In this document: positions 30,474 to 40,444 of the stretch, piece after piece
Layout: every line of letters starts with the position of its first letter
Numbering within the stretch: position 1 is the stretch's first letter
NCBI GenBank assembly: GCA_963790205.1
Contig: CAWBNQ010000001.1
Coordinates: forward strand, 640,001-704,000
Reading direction: 5' to 3'
DNA length: 64,000 bases
DNA from: Nitrospirota bacterium
Lineage (GTDB): Bacteria; Nitrospirota; UBA9217
Position numbers and translations under genes: made by a program
The notes under the pieces: generated by a model
What the model saw: the letters and a program-made list of their open reading frames with translations, nothing else
What the model was told of the DNA's origin: nothing
The model's database searches: none

Positions 30474-30635
30474 GCGGCCGAACACCGCCGGTCTTCGGCA
30501 GGCGTGGACGTCCCGCCCGCCTGCGCCCTGATAAAAAGGCGCAAGACCGGACCCCGCCTGTTTGCCGCGGAGAACGGGACGCCCGCGGCAGCCGCTCATC
30601 CCGCAATCTGCTATACTTAAATCACCAGTAAGGTT

Positions 30636-30899
30636 ATGAAAATTACGCTCGCGGATCTTGAAAATATCGCAAAGACCCTTTCGATCAGGGTGTCATATGA
30701 CGACCTGAAGATGTCGAAGGGCGGCTCATGCCGGGTCATGGAGACCCGCAGAATCATCATCAACAAGCGCCTCCAAAACAGCGAGAAAATAAATCTTCTG
30801 GCGCGGGAGCTTGGCGGTTTCGACCTGGGCGGCCTCGATATTCCCGAGAACATCCGAAAAAAAATAGAACAGGAATCGCGAGAGCGGCCCGAGGCATAG
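30636..30899 (+). CDS. Conserved-looking hypothetical protein
   Basis: 87-aa ORF with KGGSCRV..IIINKRL..LAREL pattern. Confidence 0.6.
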   Translation: MKITLADLENIAKTLSIRVSYDDLKMSKGGSCRVMETRRIIINKRLQNSEKINLLARELGGFDLGGLDIPENIRKKIEQESRERPEA

Positions 30900-30970
30900 A
30901 CTGTTGCACATCCGTGATAATGCCCTGCACATGCCGGTTTTAATTAATATAGAGGGCGGGAGACCTGTTA

Positions 30971-31489
30971 ATGAAGAAGATCGTACTGCTGATGAGCACT
31001 GCGCTGTTTTTCCAGGGCTGTTCCTATGCCATCTCGCCCGATCTGGCCAAACGTGCCGACAAAACCATTCCCTTCGAAACGCTTGAGCGCGACCCCGAAC
31101 CGTACAAGGGCAAGCTTGTCATCCTCGGCGGCGTTATCGTCCAGACAACCACGGTAAAACAAGGGACCTTGATCGAGGTCCTGCAGAAGCCCCTGGACTA
31201 CTGGGGCAAGCCCAGGCGCACGGACACGTCCGGCGGCAAGTTCCTTGTCCACTATTCCGCCTACCTCGACCCCCTCGTATATGCGCCGGAGCGGGAGGTC
31301 ACCGTTGCCGCGGAGGTTGAAGGCACCCGCAGTAAGGCCCTCGGCGATATCGAGTACAGCTATCCTGTGGTCCTTTCAAAGGAACTCAAGCTCTGGCCGC
31401 GGGAACGTCCGCCCCAGTACAGACCGGACTATATGGACCCGCTCCTCTATGATCCGAACACCCCGGGCAATTCCACGCGGCAATATTGA
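30971..31489 (+). CDS. Slp family outer membrane lipoprotein
   Basis: Lipobox FQGC, GKLVILGG, IEVLQKPLD, GGKF, YLDP, YSYPVV..LKLW. Confidence 0.88.
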   Translation: MKKIVLLMSTALFFQGCSYAISPDLAKRADKTIPFETLERDPEPYKGKLVILGGVIVQTTTVKQGTLIEVLQKPLDYWGKPRRTDTSGGKFLVHYSAYLDPLVYAPEREVTVAAEVEGTRSKALGDIEYSYPVVLSKELKLWPRERPPQYRPDYMDPLLYDPNTPGNSTRQY

Positions 31490-31553
31490 TGGAGAAGCAG
31501 GCCGCGGGGAACATGAGAACATGCTATGATTGAGGCATTCACAAAAGCTTTTC

Positions 31554-31638
31554 AACGTTGGAGACGCAGAGGGCGCAGAGAAAAACCTTAAGATTTTGAC
31601 CGGGTTCTCTCCGCGTCCTCAGCGATCTCTGCGGTAAA
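31554..31638. repeat. REP-like palindromic element
   Basis: gagacgcagagggcgcagagaa ... ttctctccgcgtcctcagcgatctctgcggt. Confidence 0.6.
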
Positions 31639-31669
31639 TCCGAATTTTTACGACTTCATCACGATTGTC

Positions 31670-32176
31670 ATGAGAAAAAAATGTACCATGGTCCCGCTCG
31701 TCGTCCTCGCCGCGCTGCTCTTGGCCGGCGGCTGCGCGCCGCCCTTTTCCCAGGCGGCGCTCGACCAGGTCGACCGGACCGTTACGTTCACTGAACTGCG
31801 AAGCGACCCCGACCGCTACAAGGGGAAATGGGTCATGCTTGCCGGCGTAATCGTCTACGCCAGGAACACGCGGGAAGGGACCTTCATCGAGGTGCTCCAA
31901 AGGCCGACGGACCGCCGCGGCCGGCCGCTTGACACGGACGAAACCGAAGGGCGGTTCATCATCTCTTCCGCCAAGTTCCTTGATGCCGCCGTGTATCATG
32001 GCGGCAGGCTGATCACCGTCATCGGCGAGGTCGCGGGACTGAAAGTCCAGCCGCTCGGCGAGATAGAGTACCGGTACCCCGTGGTGACCCCCAAAGAGCT
32101 TCATCTGTGGGAGCCGAGCGCGGGTCCGCGGTTCTCCTTCGGCGTGGTGGGCGTCGGTGTTTTCCACGGGCGCTAG
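31670..32176 (+). CDS. Slp family outer membrane lipoprotein (tandem paralogue)
   Basis: Lipobox AGGC, IEVLQRP, EGRF, FLDAAVY, YRYPVV..LHLW. Confidence 0.88.
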   Translation: MRKKCTMVPLVVLAALLLAGGCAPPFSQAALDQVDRTVTFTELRSDPDRYKGKWVMLAGVIVYARNTREGTFIEVLQRPTDRRGRPLDTDETEGRFIISSAKFLDAAVYHGGRLITVIGEVAGLKVQPLGEIEYRYPVVTPKELHLWEPSAGPRFSFGVVGVGVFHGR

Positions 32177-32379
32177 ATGCTTGTTGTTTACGGCTGAGGC
32201 TTCGAGGGATTGAGAGAAACGCCGGATCCCGAGCGCCGAATATCAAGTAAATCCCGACTTCATCATACGGTCCCTTGCGCACATGCGACTAAGGGAAGGT
32301 CGGGGGCTTTGCGTTCTATTAAATAAATTGAAATTTTTTTCTCACGGCATCCGTGTAATCACTGGAACGGGGGACTGCT

Positions 32380-34209
32380 ATGAAGAAAGGTTCTCAACTC
32401 TTCTTTTATGTCCTGATCTTTCTGGCGTTTTTAAGCATGTTCCGGCTGTTTTCCGAAACGCCGAGCGAAGAAATACCCTATAGTACGTTCAAGAGCCTCC
32501 TGGCGGAGAAAAAAGTGCAGGACCTCGTCATCTCGCGCGACACCATCAAGGGAACGCGCGTGCCCGAAAAGGACAAGGGTGAGAAGGGGAAGCCCTTCAC
32601 GGTCGTGCGCGTCGAAGATCCCGACCTCGTAAAGGCCCTCGCAGCAAGCGCCATCACCTACCGCGGCGAGCTTTCGGACAACTGGCTCAGGGACTTTCTG
32701 CTCACCTGGATCCTTCCCCTCGCCGTGCTAATGCTCATCTGGAGCTTTGTCTTCCGGCGGATGGGGGCAGGCGGTCCGGGCGGAGAGACGTTCATGAGCT
32801 TCGGCAAGTCGCGCGCCAAGATCTACGGCGAGAGCGACGTCAAGGTGACCTTCAGCGATGTGGCCGGCGTGGACGAGGCCAAGGAGGAGCTCATGGAGAT
32901 CATCGAGTTCCTCCGTCACCCTGAAAAATTCACCAAGCTCGGCGGCCGCATTCCCAAAGGGGTGCTGCTGGTCGGTCCCCCGGGCACGGGCAAGACGCTC
33001 CTGGCCAAGGCCGTGGCCGGCGAGGCCAAGGTGCCCTTCTTTTCCATGAGCGGCTCGGAGTTCGTCGAGATGTTCGTGGGCGTGGGCGCCTCGCGCGTGC
33101 GCGACCTGTTCCAGCAGGCCGTGCAGAAGGCGCCCTGCATCATCTTCATCGACGAGCTCGACGCCCTGGGCCGGGCGCGGGGCGCGGGCATCGCGGGCGC
33201 ACACGAGGAACGGGAGCAGACCCTGAACCAGCTCCTTGCCGAGATGGACGGCTTCGATCCGCGGAAGGGCGTGATCATCATGGCCGCCACCAACCGGCCC
33301 GAGATCCTCGACCAGGCCCTGCTCCGCCCCGGCCGCTTCGACCGGCACGTGCTGGTGGACCGGCCGAACATCAAGGACCGCGAGGACATCCTGAAGATCC
33401 ATATCAGGGGCGTCAAGCTCTCCAAGGACGTGGACATTGCCGTGCTCGCGGCGCGCACGCCCGGTTTCGTGGGCGCGGACCTCGCCAACATGGTGAATGA
33501 AGCCGCGCTTCTTGCGGCGCGAAAGGGCAAGACCGAGGTGGACATGACGGACTTCGAAGCAGCCATCGACCGTCTCGTGGCCGGCCTCGAGAAAAAACGA
33601 AGGGTCATGAACAAGAAAGAGAAGGAGATCGTGGCCTATCACGAGTGCGGCCACACCATCGTGGCCGAGCTCCTGCCCACTACCGATCCGGTGCACCGCG
33701 TGTCCATCATACAGCGCGGTATTACGGCGCTCGGGTATACGCTCCAGCTCCCGACCGAGGACCGCTACCTCATGACCAAGACCGAGCTCCAGGACAAGCT
33801 CTGCGTCATGCTCGGCGGCCGCGTGGCGGAGGAGACGATCTTTCACGAGGTCTCGACCGGAGCGCAGAACGACCTCCAGCGGGCCGCTGACATTGCGCGC
33901 GGCATGGTCAAGGAATACGGCATGACCGAAAAGTTCGGGCCCCTTACCTTCGAAAAGGAACGGCGGCCCCTGTTCCTCGATCTCGGACTGCCGCCGGGTG
34001 CCAAGGAATACAGCGAGGACACTGCCCGGGAGATCGACCAGGAAGTAAAGCGCTTGATCGACGAGGCCTACCGAAAAGTCAAGGAAACGCTTGCCGCGAA
34101 CCAAGACAACCTGAAAAAGCTCGCCGCGGTCCTGCTCGAAAAAGAGACCATCGAGGGCGATGAGATCAGGAAGATCCTGGGGCTGCCGGAGAAGAAGGGG
34201 CAGGGGTGA
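32380..34209 (+). CDS. ftsH: ATP-dependent zinc metalloprotease FtsH
   Basis: [43 protein letters not shown]. Confidence 0.97.
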   Translation: MKKGSQLFFYVLIFLAFLSMFRLFSETPSEEIPYSTFKSLLAEKKVQDLVISRDTIKGTRVPEKDKGEKGKPFTVVRVEDPDLVKALAASAITYRGELSDNWLRDFLLTWILPLAVLMLIWSFVFRRMGAGGPGGETFMSFGKSRAKIYGESDVKVTFSDVAGVDEAKEELMEIIEFLRHPEKFTKLGGRIPKGVLLVGPPGTGKTLLAKAVAGEAKVPFFSMSGSEFVEMFVGVGASRVRDLFQQAVQKAPCIIFIDELDALGRARGAGIAGAHEEREQTLNQLLAEMDGFDPRKGVIIMAATNRPEILDQALLRPGRFDRHVLVDRPNIKDREDILKIHIRGVKLSKDVDIAVLAARTPGFVGADLANMVNEAALLAARKGKTEVDMTDFEAAIDRLVAGLEKKRRVMNKKEKEIVAYHECGHTIVAELLPTTDPVHRVSIIQRGITALGYTLQLPTEDRYLMTKTELQDKLCVMLGGRVAEETIFHEVSTGAQNDLQRAADIARGMVKEYGMTEKFGPLTFEKERRPLFLDLGLPPGAKEYSEDTAREIDQEVKRLIDEAYRKVKETLAANQDNLKKLAAVLLEKETIEGDEIRKILGLPEKKGQG

Positions 34210-34614
34210 TCGCGCTGGCTCCTGATACAGGATGCACGATGCAAAAAATATAAAAAGCGCCTGCATGGTTGAGAGCGCTTTTATTTATTACAACCATTAA
34301 CTGAACCGGCCAGTTACGGGGGGCTTCCAAGAAAAAGAAGATCACTCCCCGACGATCTTGACCAGCACCCGCTTCTTTCTCCTGCCTCCCGTTAAATGAC
34401 ATTCGAGTGTATTATATTGGAATAAACAGAGGAATTAAAGAGGTTTTTTGCTTTTAAGACAGATATTAAGTGTAGGACATATGTAAATTTTCGTATTTTG
34501 CGGACTTCAATCAATAAAGAAAAGATGCATCGCATAAAGACAGGCAGATAACCTCAGCTACAACATGATACCTCCGCACTCCAGACATTTTGCGAACTTT
34601 CAGTTGTATATGAA

Positions 34615-34672
34615 AATAATGGCGTGAGGGGCGCGGCTTTTAGCGACCCTCTCGACGCGTCTCGTTTACGTG
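34615..34672. other. Degenerate attC-like hairpin
   Basis: gcgtgaggggcgc-ggctttta-gcgaccctctcgacgc imperfect palindrome; core sites eroded. Confidence 0.35.
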
Positions 34673-34852
34673 CGGTTTCTGCTCTTCCGAGGCTTACTCC
34701 ATTTCAGACACTACGTTATATATGGGTAGAGCATGAGGTTAGATTCTCCCATTAAAGTATAGGGAAAATTATCTTCAAGACTACCCAAAATAGAAACCTC
34801 CTGCTAAGAATAAGTTTATAGCGAAACTAAATTCTTGTGGCAGGAGGTTCCT

Positions 34853-36160
34853 ATGAATTATGTAGATGATATCAGACTTGAGCAGTTTCTTCAACTGAAG
34901 AAAGAAATTCGCGGTTCGGAAAAGCATTTGATCGTCGGCATTGACGCGGCCAAGGAGAAGCACAACGCTTTTTTCGGTACGGCACGCGGAAAAACGCTGG
35001 TTAAGAATCTGGTCTTTGACAACACGCTTGAAGGCTTTCAAAAGCTGCTCGCCTATGTCGAGCGAATCAAAGTTCAATATAGCCTGACCACGGTCGTTTT
35101 CGGAATCGAGCCGACGGCGAACTATCACAAGCCCCTGGCGGAGCATCTGATCAAGTGCGGGCACATGGTCGTTCTCGTGGGAGGCGTCGCGGTCAAGAAC
35201 AACCGGCAGCTTCTGGACGGCCGCTGGGACAAACATGACGTCAAAGACGCGGCAAACGTCGCAGATCTTATCGCCCAGGGGAAGTGCCTGTTTTACGAAT
35301 ACCCCCTGATGACACTGCGGAACGTGCGCGTCCTGATCGCACTCAAACGGCGTTTAAAGAGAAGGGAACACGGCATGAGCGTATGTGTTCGCAATCACCT
35401 CATCGCGCAGTATTTCCCCGAGTTGGACCAACACTACGGCCCATCGGAAACCCTGACGGTGGTAAGGGAATGTCTTGACCCCTCGGAGATCGCCGGCATG
35501 GAATACGATGCCTTCTGCCGCACCGTCGCGCCGGGCAAAATGACGCTGGCGAAGGGCCGCAGGGTGGGAATGATCTGGAGGGCCGCGGTTGATTCCATCG
35601 GCTGCACTATGGGAGAAGCGGCGTCTTTCGAAGCTCAAGTCATGGTGGACGGCCTGAAGCAGATCAGGCAAACCATCAAGTCGGTGGAGGAAAAACTCGA
35701 AGATGCCTGCATGGAATTTCCGGAGTACACCTACTTGCTGAGCATTCCGGGGTTCGGACCGGATGTTTCCTCAAAGGTGCTTGGGGCCATTGGAAATCCA
35801 CGCCGCTTTACGAGCGCCAAGCAGGTATTGAAAATGGCAGGCCTCGACCTGTGCGCGGATCGAAGTGGCAAGAAGTCCACCAGCGCGATACCGGTCATCT
35901 CCAAGCAAGGCAAGGCCGATCTCCGCTACGGACTGTATCAGGCGGCATTTATCGCCTCGCTTAAGAACAAGGACTTTATCACCTACTTTACGAACAAGCT
36001 CAAGGGCCGGGCAAAGGAGAAAGGCATCGTCACAAAGATGCGCGTCAAGCTGGCCGCGAAGCTCCTGGTTATCGCTTGGACGCTGATGAAAAAAAAAGAA
36101 TGCTTTGATCCGAAATATCTCAAACAGGAGGATGAGGCCGCGAATAAAAAAGCGGCATGA
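34853..36160 (+). CDS. IS110 family transposase/recombinase
   Basis: DEDD tetrad VGID / IEPT / KHDVKDA; SIPGFG and RSGK C-terminal motifs; AGGAGG RBS. Confidence 0.93.
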   Translation: MNYVDDIRLEQFLQLKKEIRGSEKHLIVGIDAAKEKHNAFFGTARGKTLVKNLVFDNTLEGFQKLLAYVERIKVQYSLTTVVFGIEPTANYHKPLAEHLIKCGHMVVLVGGVAVKNNRQLLDGRWDKHDVKDAANVADLIAQGKCLFYEYPLMTLRNVRVLIALKRRLKRREHGMSVCVRNHLIAQYFPELDQHYGPSETLTVVRECLDPSEIAGMEYDAFCRTVAPGKMTLAKGRRVGMIWRAAVDSIGCTMGEAASFEAQVMVDGLKQIRQTIKSVEEKLEDACMEFPEYTYLLSIPGFGPDVSSKVLGAIGNPRRFTSAKQVLKMAGLDLCADRSGKKSTSAIPVISKQGKADLRYGLYQAAFIASLKNKDFITYFTNKLKGRAKEKGIVTKMRVKLAAKLLVIAWTLMKKKECFDPKYLKQEDEAANKKAA

Positions 36161-36164
36161 TCCG

Positions 36165-36440
36165 TGAAACGTAAAAAACCAATTTCGGCGAGAGAGCCCG
36201 GGACACTACGTTGAGGCTACGACCTCGGTGGGGACAATACAGGACCTCTCGTTTGAACGATAGAATCTGGATAAGGTATTCTGGGCGGCCAAACTGAAAG
36301 CGCGGCATGCCGAATAGGCTGTAACGATTAGAGTTATCGTTCGTCTGGATGCGAGAGACTCGCCGATCAAAGCGATGCTGGCAGGAATGCCGGGAGGAAA
36401 GCTGCGTCTTCAATCGACGCAGAAAACCATCTGATTGAAA
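36165..36440 (+). ncRNA. Putative bridge/seek RNA of the IS110 element (ends approximate)
   Basis: Loop segment GACACTACGTT (36202-36212) is identical to the left junction 34707-34717; enclosed by cgagag/ctctcg stem. Confidence 0.7.
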
Positions 36441-36698
36441 ATTATGAAAACTAAACTGTCACTTGACGGGAGCGTTATAGTATGTCCTCAAGATTCTGCT
36501 ATCACAGCAGACCTTAGCAGGCACACCTTTTCCGACTAAGCAACACGTCACCACTCACCGTTAACAAAGATTACTTCACCGAAGCATTACCCTAAATGTC
36601 GAAGCGTCTCGACCATCCTCCTGCCGCTACGGGCTTCTTGAACACTGGATTGGGTACGATGTGAAAATGTCGTCTCAATCCTTAAAGGTTAGGCCTCG

Positions 36699-37130
36699 CT
36701 ACCTTCCGGCGATAGTCCATGCTGCAAACACGAGCAGTGCTCCAAATCCAACAACAAAGCCACCGACTTGGATTGTGTCGGCGACCTTTCGCCGCCAATT
36801 GAGTTTCCAACGCCACTCCTTGGCAGACTTTTTCTCATAGTCGAGACCCCAGGAGATGTAGTACTGAGCCCAGAGTCGCATATGAAATATTCCTGCGATC
36901 GTCGAGATCGCTAGCGCAGCCCATCCTGCTAAGAGTGCAGCCTTCATAGCTGCAGAGATCGGACTACTGCCAAGGATATCCTTGGTGAACGTAACGGAAA
37001 AGACGAATGCGCCGGCCGCAATTGACATCAAATGCTTGATGTACTCGATTCTGTAGTTGTTCCCTAGGCCAATATCCAGATGGGCTTCTGAGAGCGTTCG
37101 ATTATCTGTTTCATGTGTTTTCTCGTTCAT
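36699..37130 (-). CDS. Small membrane protein (about 3 TM), hypothetical
   Basis: Three hydrophobic segments; GCCTAAC shortly after the stop codon. Confidence 0.7.
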   Translation of the reverse strand: MNEKTHETDNRTLSEAHLDIGLGNNYRIEYIKHLMSIAAGAFVFSVTFTKDILGSSPISAAMKAALLAGWAALAISTIAGIFHMRLWAQYYISWGLDYEKKSAKEWRWKLNWRRKVADTIQVGGFVVGFGALLVFAAWTIAGR

Positions 37131-37170
37131 CAGAGACTCTCCTTTAAATGTGCTGGCGGCACAGATGTGA

Positions 37171-37221
37171 GGCAACACGCGCGTGAACCGCAAGCATTTC
37201 GCGGCGACGCGCAGGTTGGGC
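37171..37221 (-). other. Degenerate attC-like site
   Basis: Minus strand GCCCAAC-ct-gcgcgt-cg-ccgc...gcgg-ttc-acgcgc-gt-GTT. Confidence 0.5.
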
Positions 37222-37254
37222 CATATTGGCCGTCTATTGACGGCGCTTGTCCTC

Positions 37255-38172
37255 TTATGGAAGCTTATTCTTTAGCAGCTGCGAGCGGATATGTTTCATT
37301 ATATGAGCCTGATGCGAAATGATATTGTCATTAGAACGCTTGAACACGTCACCAAACTTAGTCCCTTGGTTTTTCTGAAGACGGGCCTCGTCTGAAAACA
37401 AACATTCTTTAGAAGAACTAACGTAATTGCACAACCATGTCAATTTTGAAGACAACGGAGTTTCTGCTGCAATCATCTTATCGCTCGCCGTTTCCTGCAA
37501 GATGTTATCAATTTCATCAGCTAAATAAAAGTCACCAGCGATTGGATCGTAACCGAGATAATCAACAAAATATAGACCATCGGTATCAACACATACCATG
37601 TGAGCTATGCGATTTTTTATGAGTATAGGTATCTTTGGAATAGGGTCTGAAAGTAAAATTTTAATTAATTCGTCGTCAATTACTGCCCGGGGGTACAAAG
37701 CGGCCCTGGATTCAATGCGGTAAGCTTTGACTAAAGCTTCTCCTAAGACCATATCTCTCTTGTGAAATAAACGGCCACAAGAGATGCCGCCTCGCGTACG
37801 AACTCCTAGGCTTAGAAGACCCCTTTGTAACCAAAAAACCGATTGAAGACAACGTAATATTGGGACGACTCTACTATTCAAAGAATACTCGTTATCTCTT
37901 TCACGTTCAGGGAAAGACATCGTTATTGCATCAGAAAGCAATGTAATCTTGTCATACGCACCGAATGGCTTATCAAACTGTATTTGAACTTCTTTGCCAG
38001 TTCGCACATGGGGCAGTGAAAAAAATACTTCTTTTTTACTTCCTACTAAAGCGGAAAACAAACTATATATTGCTTGGGCATAATTTTCAGATTGATCTGT
38101 TGCAAGCATCTGGTCAGATATTCCAAGAACATCGATAAATGCTACATACCTATTTTTGTATTGCAGGTGCAT
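37255..38172 (-). CDS. Divergent class III nucleotidyl-cyclase-like protein
   Basis: YVAFIDVLG and LLSDAI (two metal-binding Asp), RGGISCG, LGEALVKAYRIE, YPRAVID. Confidence 0.6.
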   Translation of the reverse strand: MHLQYKNRYVAFIDVLGISDQMLATDQSENYAQAIYSLFSALVGSKKEVFFSLPHVRTGKEVQIQFDKPFGAYDKITLLSDAITMSFPERERDNEYSLNSRVVPILRCLQSVFWLQRGLLSLGVRTRGGISCGRLFHKRDMVLGEALVKAYRIESRAALYPRAVIDDELIKILLSDPIPKIPILIKNRIAHMVCVDTDGLYFVDYLGYDPIAGDFYLADEIDNILQETASDKMIAAETPLSSKLTWLCNYVSSSKECLFSDEARLQKNQGTKFGDVFKRSNDNIISHQAHIMKHIRSQLLKNKLP

Positions 38173-38241
38173 TCAATCACTTTTTAGACAATCAAATTAA
38201 ATTAAGAAATCTTTCGTAGCGTTGGAAGTTTCTATCAGATG

Positions 38242-38871
38242 TTAGGTCGGTTTTTTATCAATACCGTGCTTTTCATATACCTTCGATTTTTCCGGCTGTG
38301 CCCAGTGGGTATGAGGAAACGTCGGGATTTCCCGATCGAATTCTTTCAACAATTCTTTTCTTGCATCAGCCCAAAGCGCAAAGATTTTATCTCTCACAAT
38401 TTTTCCATCATCAGTTGTGATTTGCTTGTTATATCCCAAATCACTTATCAAACGGAGTATATCCTTGACCGGTTCAAATGGATAAAGACCGATTTTGTTA
38501 TCAGTTTCACCCAAGTTCATGAAGACACCCCGAACCTCTTCAATAGCAGCACTGAGACTACAAAGAGTTTCACTATACTGTTCCTTAGTAGGGTACTCGA
38601 TATGAGTATACTGACTTGCTGTCTGGACCGCCTTCACTAAGGTGCTCCACAAAAGCCGCAATTGCTGCATATAGCTTGAGCGTCGTTGCAAACAATAGCC
38701 AAGCCAAGCTGCGGGAATAGCAATTATAAATGGAATCATGTCCTTATACGTTGAATAGATCACAGAGTTAGTTGTTTTGTCATATAATCGAAGCGATATG
38801 CCCAAAGCAACTGCCGTAAGGTAAATAACGCTGGCTACGAAGAACCACCTGAATAATTGTCTTTTTGTCAT
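38242..38871 (-). CDS. Hypothetical protein with two N-terminal TM helices
   Basis: 209-aa ORF; stop codon lies inside ACCTAAC. Confidence 0.7.
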   Translation of the reverse strand: MTKRQLFRWFFVASVIYLTAVALGISLRLYDKTTNSVIYSTYKDMIPFIIAIPAAWLGYCLQRRSSYMQQLRLLWSTLVKAVQTASQYTHIEYPTKEQYSETLCSLSAAIEEVRGVFMNLGETDNKIGLYPFEPVKDILRLISDLGYNKQITTDDGKIVRDKIFALWADARKELLKEFDREIPTFPHTHWAQPEKSKVYEKHGIDKKPT

Positions 38872-39238
38872 ATTCTATTTTTTACGCTCGAATTAAAGGC
38901 ACAGCTGGGCCGCCCCAGTTGCCACGCTTTCATATTTTCGAAAGAACATCTTATTGACTATTATGAACCAGCCATCTATAGGGATATAGAGCTATCTACC
39001 GGTATATACTTTTCGAGGTTTGCTTATTTCACGAACCAGATCCCGGAGGAACCGATCCGCTACCATATCGTACAATGCCACGAATATATGCCGAATCCCG
39101 TGGCATGTCAATCGCCCGAGATGGATATAGAGGGGTAGCAGCCAATCAATTCCACTTGTAGTATTGGAATTTCGCGGACCCGTAACTAAAACAAGTGCAG
39201 AAAGAATTCTTCGAGATGTAGAAAAGGTTTATTCTGTA

Positions 39239-39823
39239 TTAATGCTTCTTTGTAGAATGCTCTTGCCGGTTTATAATTTCCTCAGAGCTTATAAACATAT
39301 AACCTTGATTCAAAACTTTGTTATATTCCATTACGATGTTGGTCGCATTTGTAAACCAGTAATATTTATTCTTCAATTTATTCGGTTTGTCCGGCCTGCC
39401 ATATTTATGAGCTGTGACCTTCTTGAGTTTATTGAAATTGTCATATCCTGCAAATTTTATATCCACATCGGATAGTTTATTTTGCCAAAATCCATATTGA
39501 ATGCTTGTAAGTGTTACCCCTCCGACTTCAAGTGGATCGTCTTTTCTAGAATAAAACTTGACTCCTCCGTAGCTGGGATCTGTTCTGGGATGGATCATCA
39601 CGTCTTTTACCAAAGAAAAATCAGTACCCCAACTAATGCCTCTGAACCCCTCCGCCTCTTCGGATATGCCTTTCGTTGAGGATGCAAATGATAACGCAAT
39701 CACTATGATAAAAATCGCTACCCGTTTTATAACAACCTCGCTTTTATTACGAATGGTAAAAGCAATAGTCTTGGCCAGATTAATCTCCGGAATAACTATC
39801 CAAATCGGGCGAAACAGGGCCAC
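39239..39823 (-). CDS. Hypothetical exported protein
   Basis: Signal-like segment followed by EGFRGISWG; start uncertain. Confidence 0.6.
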   Translation of the reverse strand: MALFRPIWIVIPEINLAKTIAFTIRNKSEVVIKRVAIFIIVIALSFASSTKGISEEAEGFRGISWGTDFSLVKDVMIHPRTDPSYGGVKFYSRKDDPLEVGGVTLTSIQYGFWQNKLSDVDIKFAGYDNFNKLKKVTAHKYGRPDKPNKLKNKYYWFTNATNIVMEYNKVLNQGYMFISSEEIINRQEHSTKKH

Positions 39824-39849
39824 TTATCTACCGAATATGCAGTTGAGTC

Positions 39850-40401
39850 TCATCTGGGAACGCATCTCTCTGACAAGCGGCGTAAATCAGCAGAGTAACA
39901 AGCTGGAAACAATACACATAGTTGTTCAAACGTCACAGCATTAAGACTTCCTGCAATTGCACGAGCACGATAAGCTGCAGGAAAGGTACCCCCAGGAAGC
40001 GCACGAGTCAATTGAAGCGCCTCAAGGTAATTTCCAGATTGAGGGACTTGAGCAGCAAGGCCGTATAGGCCTTGCGCGTAAATAGAAAACTCAACGGCGA
40101 CCCCTTCCTCAAGGAAGTTCGTGTTGCTTACAGTCGGATTTAATAAGTGAATCGTCTCGTGAGCCATTTCGTACACGACGGTAGGCCAATAGATTTTGCT
40201 AGTCGGGCTGAGCTCAGCAAACGCACCATCGAGCGTAGGTGTATTGCGTAGATGAGGTCCGTTGTCGTGAAAAACGGGTTGATAGATTGTTTTCGTTCGG
40301 TCACGTTCGCCGAGAAGTTTTTCGGCCAGTGTCAGCAGTTCTTGCTGTAAAGCCCAAAGGCCTGGATAGTCATGTTCCGGAATCGAGGTGGGTAGTTGCA
40401 T
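39850..40401 (-). CDS. HExxH metallopeptidase-like protein
   Basis: EMAHETIHLL ... LEEGVA. Confidence 0.6.
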   Translation of the reverse strand: MQLPTSIPEHDYPGLWALQQELLTLAEKLLGERDRTKTIYQPVFHDNGPHLRNTPTLDGAFAELSPTSKIYWPTVVYEMAHETIHLLNPTVSNTNFLEEGVAVEFSIYAQGLYGLAAQVPQSGNYLEALQLTRALPGGTFPAAYRARAIAGSLNAVTFEQLCVLFPACYSADLRRLSERCVPR

Positions 40402-40444
40402 ATTGAGCTATCGTTATCGCTTTTCTGAGTTCAGGTTGGGGCAA

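Larger units (their letters stand above)
34714..36479 (+). mobile_element. IS110-family element with a long 3' non-coding end (IS1111-like layout)
   Basis: CGTTATA repeated at 34714-34720 and 36473-36479; TTGACG -35 box at 36463; transposase inside. Confidence 0.85.

Noticed and set aside
32728..34266. 512-aa ORF antisense to ftsH, and similar long shadow ORFs (843-1748, 4654-5460, 13774-14613, 26426-27202)
   Set aside because: They mirror well-supported genes on the other strand; expected from GC-rich codon bias; no recognisable motifs
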